From Planctopirus limnophila DSM 3776 (lineage in GTDB: Bacteria > Planctomycetota > Planctomycetia > Planctomycetales > Planctomycetaceae): a DNA stretch of 32,000 nt. The notes under the pieces were generated by a model. It ran no database searches. It was not told the origin of the DNA and was given only the letters and a program-made list of their open reading frames with translations. Location: the NCBI RefSeq assembly GCF_000092105.1, contig NC_014148.1, positions 3,150,001 through 3,182,000 of the forward strand. The letters are read 5' to 3'. Both the position numbers and the translations under genes were made by a program. Below, piece by piece: positions 11,364 through 20,648 of the stretch; position 1 is the first letter of the stretch; the number at the start of each line of letters is the position of its first letter.

Positions 11364-14300
11364 ATGTTCTCCAAAGTCAACGACGCCGAATTCATCACGG
11401 GTGAGCACACCGTCCTCAAGTTCTGGAACGAACGCCACATCTTCCAGAAACTCCGGGCCAAAAACGCCGGCAAACAGCCCTGGAGTTTTTTGGACGGCCC
11501 GATCACTGCCAACAATCCCATGGGTGTCCACCACGCCTGGGGCCGCACCTACAAAGATTCCTTCCAACGCTACTGGGCCATGAACGGCCGCGACCTCCGT
11601 TACCAGAACGGATTCGACTGCCAGGGCCTCTGGGTCGAAGTCGAAGTCGAAAAGCAACTCGGCCTCGGTGCCAAAAGTGCCATCGAAGAGTTCGGCATCG
11701 ATAAGTTCGTGCAGGAGTGTAAACGCCGCGTGCTGAAGTACGCCGCCATCCAGACCGAACAATCCGTCCGCCTCGGCTACTGGATGGAATGGGATCGCCC
11801 GGAAGAACTCCGCAAACTGGCCTCAGCCATTGGCAGCGAAACCCCCGTCACCCTCACCACCCCCAAAGGCATCACCGAGACCGCACCAGCCGAACAACTC
11901 GTCTCACGCCTCGGCAACCCCGATTGGGGCGGCAGCTATTTCACCTTCTCGACCGAAAACAACGAAACCATCTGGACATTCCTCAAAAAATGCTTCGAAC
12001 GCGGCAAGGTCTATCGCGGCCACGACGTCATGCCCTGGTCCGGTCGCGGCGGCAGTGCCTACAGCCAGATGGAAGTCGCCGACGGACGCAAACTCACCAC
12101 CCACCGCGCCCTCTTCGTCCGCTTTCCACTCCTTGATGACGCCGGACAGGAAACCAAGGAAAACCTCCTCATCTGGACGACGACTCCCTGGACGCTCACC
12201 AGCAACGTCGCCGCCATGATCAACCCCGAACTCGAGTATGTGAAACTCCAGTCCAAAAAGGACGGCCTCGTCTACTACTTCGCCAAAGACAACCTCGAAT
12301 TCCAGCGCCTCGCCAAAGAGTTCAAGGAAGGCTTCGGCCGCCCCGAATGGCAATGGCCCAAAGGCACCCCCAAGCTCAAAACCCTCTCGCAGATCTTCAA
12401 GGAATCCGGCGGCTACGAAGTGCTGGAGACCGTCAAGGGCGAAGCCCTCGTCGGCCGCAAATATCGCGGCCCATTTGATGAACTCGACGCGCAGAACTCT
12501 GCAGGAGGTGCCCCACGCTCAAGCGCCTATACGTCATCGCGAGGAAATCTCGAAGATCTTCTCCTTAATGACTTTTATGGACCAACACTGCAAAACGACG
12601 CTTTTGCAGATTCATTGAAGGCGACGTACAATAGTGAAGTTCTAAAAATCAATGAGGCACTCGACAAATACAAAACAGACGATGCCGACATTTATAATGT
12701 CATGGTGGACCTATCGATAGACAAGAAGAATGAACTTGCCGCATCATTTGTAGCAATAAGGTTCGCAATCATCCGTTCCCAGGTTTTGCATTTACTCCGA
12801 AACATTCGAGCAATTCTTAAAAAGCACAAAAACCTGGGGTTCTTCTCCGCAGAACTTAACCCATCAATGACGCTACGTGAGATCAAGGATTTACTAGTTC
12901 GCCTCGGTTCGACCAGTTTTCTAAAATCTGAATGCTGGTTAACACTCGAAGAAGTATCATTGTTGATCGAAGAATTTGAAAATCACGACGAAAGGGAAGA
13001 GTTCGATAATGAGAGAATGATTCAGCACGAGGACTTATTGTTTGAAGGCAATTTATTATTTTCCGAAGGCTTGTTCTGTAACGATTCAACGTCACTTATT
13101 GCGAGACTACACTCGACACTAGTGCTTCAACTGGACACAGAATTGCAGGGATTGGCAAGGCGATCTGCTGTTGAATGCCATCGGGTCATCGACGGTGGTC
13201 GCGACTTCAAAGGGGCACCTAACGTCAAGGAAGGCGAAGGGACAGGCATTGTCCATAGTGCGCCAGGCTGTGGTGATGTCGATCATCAGATCGGCCTCGC
13301 CAACGGTCTCCCCACGATCGCACCGCTCGGCCCAGACGGCAACTTCCTCGAAGGCTTCGGCCCCTTCACCGGCAAGAACGCCGTCCATCCCGACACCGTG
13401 CAACTCGTCATCGACAGCCTCAAGGAGAAAGGCCTGCTCGTCGCCGAAGAGAAGTACCCGCACATCTATCCCTTCTGCTGGCGTACCGGCGATGAACTTG
13501 TCTTCCGTCTCGTCGATGAATGGTTCATCAACATGGACTGGCGCGACGAAATCATGGGCGTCACCAGGCAGATCAACTGGCTTCCCGACAGCATTCAGGG
13601 CCAGGAACGCGAAGTCGAATGGCTCACCAACATGCGCGACTGGATGATCTCCAAGAAACGCTACTGGGGCCTCGCCCTCCCCATCTGGGTCGATGAACTT
13701 ACCGGCGACTTCGAAGTCATCGGCTCTCTCGCCGAACTTAAAGAGCGCGCCCTCGATGGTGGCGAAGGCTGGAACGACTTCCAGGGCCACACGCCCCACA
13801 AACCCTGGATCGACGGCGTCAAGATCCGCAATCCTAAAACGGGCAACCTCATGACCCGCGTGGAAGACGTCGGCAACCCCTGGCTCGACGCCGGCATCGT
13901 CTCCTTCTCCACCATGGGCTACAACACCCATCCCGACATGTGGAAGAAGTGGTACCCCGCCGACCTCGTCACCGAATGTTTCCCCGGCCAGTTCCGCAAC
14001 TGGTTCTACTCCCTCCTCTCCATGGCCACCATGATGGATGGCACGCCGCCCTTCAAAACCCTCCTCGGCCACCGCCTCGTCATGAACGAGCAAGGCCAAC
14101 CCATGCACAAATCCGATGGCACGGCCATCTGGTTTGAAGAAGCCGCCGAACAGATCGGTGTCGACGCCATGCGCTGGATGTATCTCCAGCAGAACCCCGC
14201 TTCCGACCTGCGCTTCGGCACCCGCCATCCCGATGAAAAGGTCACTCTCGAAACGGTCAATGGCCCGACCAACACCACCATCGATGGTGTTCCCACCTGC

Positions 14301-15542
14301 AAAGTCACCAGCGGCCCCGCCGACGAAGTCCGCCGCCAGGTCCTCATCCCGCTGTGGAACTCCTACGCCTTCTTCGTCAACTACGCCCGGCTGGACGAGT
14401 TCGACCCGAATGCGGCGATCGTCCCGGTGGCCGAACGCCCCGAGATCGACCGCTGGCTGCTCTCGAACCTGCAAGCCCTCATTCAGCAGGTCCGCGCTGG
14501 CTTCGAAGCGTTCGACACACCCGCCGCCTGTGCAGCCCTCGCCCGCTTCATTGATGATCTCTCCAACTGGTATATCCGCCGCAATCGCCGCCGCTTCTGG
14601 CGTTCCAAAGATACCGGCGATCTCGACAAGCGTGCAGCCTATCAGACACTCTACGAAACTCTCCTCACCCTCACGAAACTGATGGCACCGATGACGCCGT
14701 TCCTCGCCGAACGGATGTACGGCAACCTCACCTCGGGCCAGCCCGACGCCCCCGAATCGGTCCATCTTTGCGACTACCCCACTGCCGACGAATCGCTGCT
14801 GGATACCTCACTCAACAGGCGGATGTCACTGGCTCAAACGGTCGTACGCGTCGCTCACAAGCTGCGGGAAGTCGCCGATCAACGCGTGCGTCAGCCTTTG
14901 GCCGAACTCCGTTTCGCCACACTCAGCAGCGACGACCTCACTTCGATCAGCTCATTGAAAGACGTCATCGCCGACGAACTCAACGTCAAAGCCGTCAGCG
15001 GCTTTGAATCATTGGGCGATATCGTCAAGTACACCTACAAACCGAACCTCAAAACCCTCGGCCCGAAATACGGCAAGCTCCTCAATGCCTTCCGCGAAGA
15101 ACTTCCCAAGCTCCCGGGCAACCTGCTGGAATCGCTCCGTCGTGGCCAGACGATCAACGCGACGGTTGGCGGCGAAGCAGTCATCATTGGCCCGGACGAT
15201 GTTCTCATCGGAGCCGATCAGGCCGAAGGCTGGGTCGCCGGCGATGAATCCGGCATCCAGGTCGCCCTCTCCACGACCCTCACTCCAGAACTTGTCATGG
15301 AAGGGATGGCCCGCGACTTCATCCGCCACATCCAGCAGGCCCGAAAAGACGCCAACCTGGAAATCCAGCAACGCATCACCGTCAACTACCAGACCAGCGA
15401 ACCGATTGTGGCAGAAATGCTCAAGGAGTGGTCCGACCTGATCTCTAGCGAAACCCTCGCCAACGAGATCACCCCCGCGTCGGGTCTCTCTGGAAAACCC
15501 GTACAAGTCGGCGCAGCCGAGGTTATCATAACAATCAAATAA
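11364..15542 (+). CDS. ileS: isoleucine--tRNA ligase carrying a large internal in-frame insertion
   Basis: 1392 aa. Class I signature region [17 protein letters not shown], editing-domain motifs WTTTPWTL and [18 protein letters not shown]-like QPMHKSDG, and anticodon-binding region [11 protein letters not shown]. The length exceeds what I expect for IleRS because of the segment at about 12510-13170. Confidence 0.95.
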   Translation: MFSKVNDAEFITGEHTVLKFWNERHIFQKLRAKNAGKQPWSFLDGPITANNPMGVHHAWGRTYKDSFQRYWAMNGRDLRYQNGFDCQGLWVEVEVEKQLGLGAKSAIEEFGIDKFVQECKRRVLKYAAIQTEQSVRLGYWMEWDRPEELRKLASAIGSETPVTLTTPKGITETAPAEQLVSRLGNPDWGGSYFTFSTENNETIWTFLKKCFERGKVYRGHDVMPWSGRGGSAYSQMEVADGRKLTTHRALFVRFPLLDDAGQETKENLLIWTTTPWTLTSNVAAMINPELEYVKLQSKKDGLVYYFAKDNLEFQRLAKEFKEGFGRPEWQWPKGTPKLKTLSQIFKESGGYEVLETVKGEALVGRKYRGPFDELDAQNSAGGAPRSSAYTSSRGNLEDLLLNDFYGPTLQNDAFADSLKATYNSEVLKINEALDKYKTDDADIYNVMVDLSIDKKNELAASFVAIRFAIIRSQVLHLLRNIRAILKKHKNLGFFSAELNPSMTLREIKDLLVRLGSTSFLKSECWLTLEEVSLLIEEFENHDEREEFDNERMIQHEDLLFEGNLLFSEGLFCNDSTSLIARLHSTLVLQLDTELQGLARRSAVECHRVIDGGRDFKGAPNVKEGEGTGIVHSAPGCGDVDHQIGLANGLPTIAPLGPDGNFLEGFGPFTGKNAVHPDTVQLVIDSLKEKGLLVAEEKYPHIYPFCWRTGDELVFRLVDEWFINMDWRDEIMGVTRQINWLPDSIQGQEREVEWLTNMRDWMISKKRYWGLALPIWVDELTGDFEVIGSLAELKERALDGGEGWNDFQGHTPHKPWIDGVKIRNPKTGNLMTRVEDVGNPWLDAGIVSFSTMGYNTHPDMWKKWYPADLVTECFPGQFRNWFYSLLSMATMMDGTPPFKTLLGHRLVMNEQGQPMHKSDGTAIWFEEAAEQIGVDAMRWMYLQQNPASDLRFGTRHPDEKVTLETVNGPTNTTIDGVPTCKVTSGPADEVRRQVLIPLWNSYAFFVNYARLDEFDPNAAIVPVAERPEIDRWLLSNLQALIQQVRAGFEAFDTPAACAALARFIDDLSNWYIRRNRRRFWRSKDTGDLDKRAAYQTLYETLLTLTKLMAPMTPFLAERMYGNLTSGQPDAPESVHLCDYPTADESLLDTSLNRRMSLAQTVVRVAHKLREVADQRVRQPLAELRFATLSSDDLTSISSLKDVIADELNVKAVSGFESLGDIVKYTYKPNLKTLGPKYGKLLNAFREELPKLPGNLLESLRRGQTINATVGGEAVIIGPDDVLIGADQAEGWVAGDESGIQVALSTTLTPELVMEGMARDFIRHIQQARKDANLEIQQRITVNYQTSEPIVAEMLKEWSDLISSETLANEITPASGLSGKPVQVGAAEVIITIK
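12510..13170 (+). other. compositionally foreign in-frame insertion segment within ileS (about aa 383-603)
   Basis: Hand count gives 23/60 G+C for 12601-12660 versus 38/60 for 12301-12360. Codon third positions switch from mostly C/G to mostly A/T (tta, aat, ata, aaa). The reading frame stays open for about 220 codons. Boundaries are approximate to within about 20 nt. Confidence 0.8.
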
Positions 15543-15560
15543 CACTGTCTTGACACATTC

Positions 15561-15685
15561 CCGTAGGGCAGGCCCCCGCCTGCCTTCCTTCCGTTTTTAA
15601 CGTAGTATTTAACGTAGGGTGGGTTAAGCAAAGCGCAACCCACCGCATTCAAGTAGGGTGCATGAAGTTCCGACGAAATGCACCA
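15561..15685 (+). repeat. REP-like composite unit 1: three GTAG-headed hairpins
   Basis: Module 1 is GTAG-GGCAGG-cccccg-CCTGCC. Module 2 is GTAG-GGTGGGTT-aagcaaagcgc-AACCCACC. Module 3 is GTAG-GGTGCAT-gaagttccgacgaa-ATGCACC. A short TTAACGTAG / TTTAACGTAG sub-repeat sits between modules 1 and 2. Confidence 0.85.
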
Positions 15686-15788
15686 CAAACAGCAACCAAC
15701 CAGCAACCCACATCCACAAAACAACAACACTCTTCGTGCCATGTTTGCGGCTCTGAGCAAGCATGCCGAATAACATTTTGATCGGAAA

Positions 15789-15914
15789 CCGTAGGGCAGG
15801 CCCCCGCCCTGCCGTCCTTCCGTCTCAAACGTAGTCTCAAACGTAGGGTGGGTTAAGCAAAGCGCAACCCACCGCATTCAAGTAGGGTGCATGAAGTTCC
15901 GACGAAATGCACCA
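15789..15914 (+). repeat. REP-like composite unit 2 (direct repeat of unit 1)
   Basis: Same three modules in the same order. The last 74 nt (15841-15914) are identical to 15612-15685. The first module and the spacer carry a few substitutions and a 1-nt loop indel. Confidence 0.85.
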
Positions 15915-16098
15915 TCCTGATCGTCGATCACATTGAAACCGAATTTCACCATTCGACTGGATCGCCAGAAACTCCCGGATCTGTATCACACCACCGAAAG
16001 CCTCGACTTTACGATCGACGAGGCCTACAAATCCGGCTGGGTCGATGAAGTCGCAAACCTGCCGCTAGCGATATGCCATTTTTCGCAGGGAAACACTC

Positions 16099-16845
16099 AT
16101 GACGATTGAATCGGAAGACGATGTCGCCGCGCTCAAACGGATCGGTGGAATTGTCGCCAACGTATTACGAGAGATGCTGGCGGCCGCAGTACCGGGAATG
16201 ACGACGCGGGAACTGGACGCGATCGGTGAGAGATTACTGGAGCGTTATGGCGCCCGATCAGCACCGCGCCTCGCCTACAACTTCCCTGGTGCCACCTGCA
16301 TCAGCATCAACGAAGAAGCGGCTCACGGAATTCCGGGTGAGCGGGTGATCCAACCGGGCGATGTCTTGAACATCGATGTCTCCGCCGAGCTGGATGGCTA
16401 CTTCGCCGACACCGGGGGGACGAAGGTGTTGCCGCCCACTAATCCGCAGAAGACGCGGTTGTGCGAGGCGACTCGCAAGGCTCTGGAAGCAGCCATGCAG
16501 CGAGCCACTGCCGGGCAGCCGATCCATGGGATCGGCGCAGCGATCCAGCGAACAGCAGAAAGGCATGGCTTCCAGGTGTTCGAAAACCTGGGCAGCCACG
16601 GAATTGGCCGGGCGCTGCATGAAGCCCCCGAGCATATCGCCGGCTACTACGATCCGACCGACCGCAGGCGATTGAAAGAGGGGATGGTCATCACCATTGA
16701 GCCATTCCTTTCCACCAGAAGCCGACTGGTCAAGGAGCAACCCGACGGCTGGACACTGGTGGGAGCACGCGGCAATTTATCGGCCCAGTACGAGCACACG
16801 ATGATCATCACCAAAGGAATGCCGATTGTTGTAACGGGTTGGTAA
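16099..16845 (+). CDS. map: type I methionyl aminopeptidase
   Basis: 248 aa with pita-bread fold motifs: CISINEEAAHGIP, DVLNIDVSAELDGYFADTG, GHGIGRALHE, ITIEPF and QYEHTMIIT. Confidence 0.95.
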   Translation: MTIESEDDVAALKRIGGIVANVLREMLAAAVPGMTTRELDAIGERLLERYGARSAPRLAYNFPGATCISINEEAAHGIPGERVIQPGDVLNIDVSAELDGYFADTGGTKVLPPTNPQKTRLCEATRKALEAAMQRATAGQPIHGIGAAIQRTAERHGFQVFENLGSHGIGRALHEAPEHIAGYYDPTDRRRLKEGMVITIEPFLSTRSRLVKEQPDGWTLVGARGNLSAQYEHTMIITKGMPIVVTGW

Positions 16846-16957
16846 TCGAGAAAACTCGTCCAACTCAGCGACTGATTAAAGTCACTTTTGTTCCACACAA
16901 CGACAGTGCTCCCCAGCGTTTACCGGATGCGATTAACAATGAGAGAGATCGGACCAG

Positions 16958-17980
16958 ATGAAACAATTAGCAGTTTCTATTTGTTGGATATGCCTCGCCT
17001 CTCTTGGATTTGGCCAGGAGGCCCGAATCCCCGTACCCATCAACGATCCAGGAGATCGATTTGAGCTGATTGGAAAACTGGGAATCCCACTGGGAGAGTT
17101 AGCAACCGTCAGAGGAGTCGCGATCGAAGGGCCTGAAAAGGGCTATGAGGGCGGACCGAATCTGCTAGTCCAAATGATCAATGGCAAACCGACGCAGCGG
17201 CACATCCGCATCCCCATGACTCCCTACTTTTACGACTTTCAGGGGAAGAGCAGAAGTCGTCGAAAGAAGCCATTTGAAATCGTCAATGGAAGTACATACA
17301 GCATGCTGGCCTATGAGACGGGGGGGTTCGTTGGAATTCCGTCTGAGGCCTATAAGGCTGGGGGAATACCGATCCAGACGACGGGATTCTATTTTCGCAA
17401 CTCGTTGACTGTATTTCCTATGGAGAAAACCAATGCCGTCGAATGGAAGCCCATCGACTTTATCGGAACTACCGCCCTTCTCTCCGGAACGGCGGAGAAT
17501 GAAGGCGATGTTGCCACCATCCGTACCCCCGAATGGAAATTGATATTAACCGATTTAAGAAAATGGTCCGAAGCAGAGGAAGGAAAACAGGCTGAGGTGT
17601 TTGGAGTGGTTCGTGCCACAGACGAAAGTGACATTTTCCGCGTCGAGAAAGGACGGGCCCGGCTCACTCTTCTCGAAGATCAGGTTGGGCGTGAGGTGGC
17701 ACTCCGGGGGATCGCGTACACCAAGCAAGGGGAATGGCTTTTCAGCTACCGTGACAATGTGCTGCAAGTGGAAGGACTGGAAGAACTCATCGAGGGAAAC
17801 GCCCGCTTGTATAAGGAGCCCATTGAAATCACCGGACTACTTGTCGAAGCCGAGAAGTCGATCAATGAGCAGATTCGGAAGAAAACAGGCTTTGATTATG
17901 AAGTACGATACACTGTTCGTAATGCCAAGGTAACTGCTGCAGATGAGTTGCTCGCCCCAGAACTCATGCTGGATGACTAA
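16958..17980 (+). CDS. hypothetical secreted protein
   Basis: 340-aa ORF with a signal peptide (MKQLAVSICWICLASLGFGQEA). GC and GC3 look lower than in the neighbours. No family recognised. Confidence 0.65.
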   Translation: MKQLAVSICWICLASLGFGQEARIPVPINDPGDRFELIGKLGIPLGELATVRGVAIEGPEKGYEGGPNLLVQMINGKPTQRHIRIPMTPYFYDFQGKSRSRRKKPFEIVNGSTYSMLAYETGGFVGIPSEAYKAGGIPIQTTGFYFRNSLTVFPMEKTNAVEWKPIDFIGTTALLSGTAENEGDVATIRTPEWKLILTDLRKWSEAEEGKQAEVFGVVRATDESDIFRVEKGRARLTLLEDQVGREVALRGIAYTKQGEWLFSYRDNVLQVEGLEELIEGNARLYKEPIEITGLLVEAEKSINEQIRKKTGFDYEVRYTVRNAKVTAADELLAPELMLDD

Positions 17981-18060
17981 CCAGCTCGATAAACATCTAC
18001 ACTCTTGGATTATTGAACTATCTTGAGCCAAATCAAGAGAAACAAGATAGCCAGGTGTGC

Positions 18061-18083
18061 CACTGCTGGCTTGCCCAGCAGTG
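18061..18083. terminator. stem-loop between convergent genes (17980 end / 18266 end)
   Basis: 9-bp stem CACTGCTGG / CCAGCAGTG with loop CTTGC. There is no obvious U-tract, so the role is inferred from position only. Confidence 0.3.
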
Positions 18084-18265
18084 CTCCTGCATCACAGCAA
18101 TAATTAAACGAGTAGGCCACAAATCCAAGCCATATACGACGTACCTGTGTGCCCATCACGCAGTGGTTCTATTGCCAGAAAACCTCTCTGGTACAGTGAA
18201 GCAGACCATCCGCTGCTCATTAAGACCGGGCGATAGACATCAGCCTTATCCCTTCAAACGAACAT

Positions 18266-19318
18266 CTACGACCATCGTGCCAGCCAGCGGCGGTAATAGG
18301 GGAAAGCATCACTACTCAGAAGATGCCAGCCAACCCAGACGGTAAAGAACTGTGGTGCCCAGATCCCACTCAAGAGCAGTGCCAGCAGCTCAGGAGATGA
18401 ACGTGACATCAGCTTCACAGGCCATGCGTAGCCAATCAGAATACCGAGCACAATAACCATCATCTGCACAATCAGTATACGCGGGATCGAAAGCCACAGA
18501 TCGGTGAGTTTCAGACTGCCCGTCGACTGTCTCGCAATTCCAAAAGCATAAGCCCGCGTGTAGTGATAGAAACTGGCACCCGCGACATGAAAACCATAGA
18601 CACCATCGGCAAACGTGGGAGACATATAGGGTGCATACTCACTCCAGACGAGTGTTTCACCCACCAGAAATGCCGACATGAGAGTGACAGGCATCCGATC
18701 TTTACTTCTCAAAGCCGCCAGGCCGCCCCAATAGCCAATGGCCAGAATCATCGCCACACCCAGACTGAAAGCGAGCACCTGATGCTCAGCCCAGAATTCG
18801 TGGGCTAAAATCACAATTGAAAAGTAGGCAAAGCTCATCAGCAGCAGGGTATTGTCACGGCGAAGGGGTGCCGCTCGTTTCTGAAAGATCCCTTCCGCTT
18901 TCAGAAAATGCGGAATGAAGTAGACCCAGACAACCCCATCAAAAATTCTCACCGGAATGAACCACCTCCCCAGAGCCGTCACCCCCAAGATCAAAGCCAG
19001 AATTCCTAAAAACATGGGCCGCCAACTCCAGGCCCATGAACCTGTCGCTGCAGATGAAACGCCAAGAGCCAGATTCTGCCCGCGCCACGCATAGAAAAAG
19101 TGAGCCAGCCCACCCCAGGCAGTGAGCGTGTAAAGATTCATCGTGCCAGTACTTTTGACTTCCAGGGAAGGATCAATCGTCGGCCACATTACGACTGGCA
19201 ATGCGTAGCCAATCCCTAACAGGAAAAACGTAATCGCCAGGCAGATCGGGCCATCGCCGGAAGTGCTGTCATCCATTGTTGCCGCCTGACTCATGAGCGA
19301 ATGGCCCCTGGCTGGCAT
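18266..19318 (-). CDS. hypothetical polytopic membrane protein (about 9-10 TM helices)
   Basis: 350-aa ORF with an ATG start and many long hydrophobic, Trp/Tyr/Phe-rich segments. It lies 59 nt downstream of ruvB on the same strand. No family recognised. Confidence 0.7.
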   Translation of the reverse strand: MPARGHSLMSQAATMDDSTSGDGPICLAITFFLLGIGYALPVVMWPTIDPSLEVKSTGTMNLYTLTAWGGLAHFFYAWRGQNLALGVSSAATGSWAWSWRPMFLGILALILGVTALGRWFIPVRIFDGVVWVYFIPHFLKAEGIFQKRAAPLRRDNTLLLMSFAYFSIVILAHEFWAEHQVLAFSLGVAMILAIGYWGGLAALRSKDRMPVTLMSAFLVGETLVWSEYAPYMSPTFADGVYGFHVAGASFYHYTRAYAFGIARQSTGSLKLTDLWLSIPRILIVQMMVIVLGILIGYAWPVKLMSRSSPELLALLLSGIWAPQFFTVWVGWHLLSSDAFPYYRRWLARWS

Positions 19319-19377
19319 GTGAATCGATCGATCTAATCGAGAAGCTGCACAAGAAGATCATGAACAAAGTGGGCATG

Positions 19378-20427
19378 CTACCCCGAGAGATGATTCAACC
19401 CAGAAGCCGTCACGATCCGGCCGCGCGGTGTTCTCTGGATAAAGCCGCAGCGCAACAGAAATGGTTCGACCTCATCCTCGAGTGTATCGGGGGGGCAGTT
19501 CATCGTGTGGGCAATCGCCGCCAGACCAGCCGGGCCGCCACCAAAGACATTCACAATCGTACGTAGATACTTGCGATCCTGCTCTTCGAGACCCAGCACA
19601 TCGATTTCCAGCATCGCGAGAGCCTGTCGGGCAATCTCATTAGTAATGAGACCCTCCTTCTGCTTGACAGTCGCAAAGTCTCTCGCCCAGCGCAATAGAT
19701 TGTTCGATTTACGAGGTGTTCCCCGGCTGCGGCGGGCAATCTCAAGAGCTGAGGAATCGTCGATTTTGGTCCGCAATTTGATCGCATTACGGCGAACGAT
19801 TTCTGCCAGATCAGCCTCTTCGTAGAACTCCAGATGCTCACGAAACGTGAAGCGATCCCGCAAAGGAGCAGTGAGCATGCCAGAACGCGTCGTGGCCCCC
19901 ACAATGGTGAATGGCTTGAGTTTCATATTGATGGTCCGCGCGTTGAGCCCTTCCCCGAGGACAATATCAACACGGAAGTCTTCCATCACGGGATAGATAA
20001 ACTCTTCGACGGCGGCCGGCAGACGATGGATCTCATCGATGAAGAGAATCGAATTGCCACTCGCGTTTGTCAGATAAGGCAGCAGATCTTTCGGGGCCGC
20101 CAGGGCCGGGCCCGAGGTGATCTGGCATTCGACATCGAGTTCTTTGGCCAGTGCCAAAGCGAGGGTCGTTTTGCCCAGACCAGGCGGACCATCGAGCAGA
20201 ATATGGCTGAGTGGCTCAGTGCGCATCCTCGTCGCAGCGAGCATGATTTCCAGACGTTCGACGACCTTTCGCTGACCGACAACATCGGCCAGCCGCGAAG
20301 GACGTAACTCTTCGTCGAGCGCACGGTCATCGAACGCATTCGCTGCAGGAGCCCCCGCAGCACTGGAACGAACAGTACTGGCGACCGCTCCATCAGCCGG
20401 GCCAGTGAAGATCTTTTCGCGAGCCAT
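19378..20427 (-). CDS. ruvB: Holliday junction branch migration DNA helicase RuvB
   Basis: [12 protein letters not shown]...[21 protein letters not shown] (Walker A), [10 protein letters not shown] (Walker B), [17 protein letters not shown], and the C-terminal winged helix PRGRIVT. Confidence 0.95.
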   Translation of the reverse strand: MAREKIFTGPADGAVASTVRSSAAGAPAANAFDDRALDEELRPSRLADVVGQRKVVERLEIMLAATRMRTEPLSHILLDGPPGLGKTTLALALAKELDVECQITSGPALAAPKDLLPYLTNASGNSILFIDEIHRLPAAVEEFIYPVMEDFRVDIVLGEGLNARTINMKLKPFTIVGATTRSGMLTAPLRDRFTFREHLEFYEEADLAEIVRRNAIKLRTKIDDSSALEIARRSRGTPRKSNNLLRWARDFATVKQKEGLITNEIARQALAMLEIDVLGLEEQDRKYLRTIVNVFGGGPAGLAAIAHTMNCPPDTLEDEVEPFLLRCGFIQRTPRGRIVTASGLNHLSG

Positions 20428-20539
20428 ACCCCTCTCCGTGGGAATGTCGAAACGGGCAACTCCTGAAATACAAACGGAGATTAGCCGATCTCACCATTCC
20501 CTGCGATGTAAACTGGCTCGCAGGCTGGGCAAATTCCGA

Positions 20540-20583
20540 TTTTCTCGTCCGCGCCAGGGTCACGGACGAGAAAACCTTTCTCG
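20540..20583. promoter_or_regulatory. overlapping alternative stem-loops in the spacer upstream of ruvB
   Basis: TTTTCTCGTCCG (20540-20551) pairs with CGGACGAGAAAA (20563-20574) through a 12-bp stem and 11-nt loop. The CGAGAAA part can alternatively pair with a second TTTCTCG at 20577-20583. No U-tract, function unknown. Confidence 0.3.
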
Positions 20584-20648
20584 CAAACTCTTTTCGAACT
20601 GATCAGCGCCGGATTTGAAATGCAGATTCAGGAAATTCTGCACGAGAA

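Noticed and set aside
12692-13095. Two minus-strand ORFs (64 and 70 aa) inside the AT-rich ileS insert, considered as a possible independent cargo gene
   Set aside because: They are short, lack a recognisable start context, and their products look non-protein-like. The sense frame stays open through the whole insert, which explains the region better.
12510-13170. Intein, or group I/II intron, as an explanation for the ileS insert
   Set aside because: There is no Cys/Ser/Thr at the N-junction with block A-like sequence, and no His-Asn before a Cys/Ser/Thr at the C-junction. There are no homing-endonuclease motifs (LAGLIDADG, HNH, GIY-YIG), and the segment is too short and unstructured-looking for a group II intron. 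Non-canonical excision cannot be excluded without experiments.
13119-14765. 548-aa minus-strand ORF, plus several + ORFs in other frames (11789..12219, 13171..13647, 14116..14682, 15004..15441)
   Set aside because: They are antisense or out of frame relative to the conserved ileS frame. Their Pro/Arg/Ser/Ala-rich composition is typical of off-frame GC-rich translation.
15386-15877. 163-aa minus-strand ORF and 63-aa ORF 15649..15840
   Set aside because: They run straight through the two REP-like repeat units, so the repeated peptide segments come from the repeats. No coding signal is present.
18013-18345. 110-aa + ORF between convergent genes
   Set aside because: It overlaps the 3' end of the 18266..19318 membrane-protein gene and contains the hairpin at 18061-18083. 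The product is implausible.
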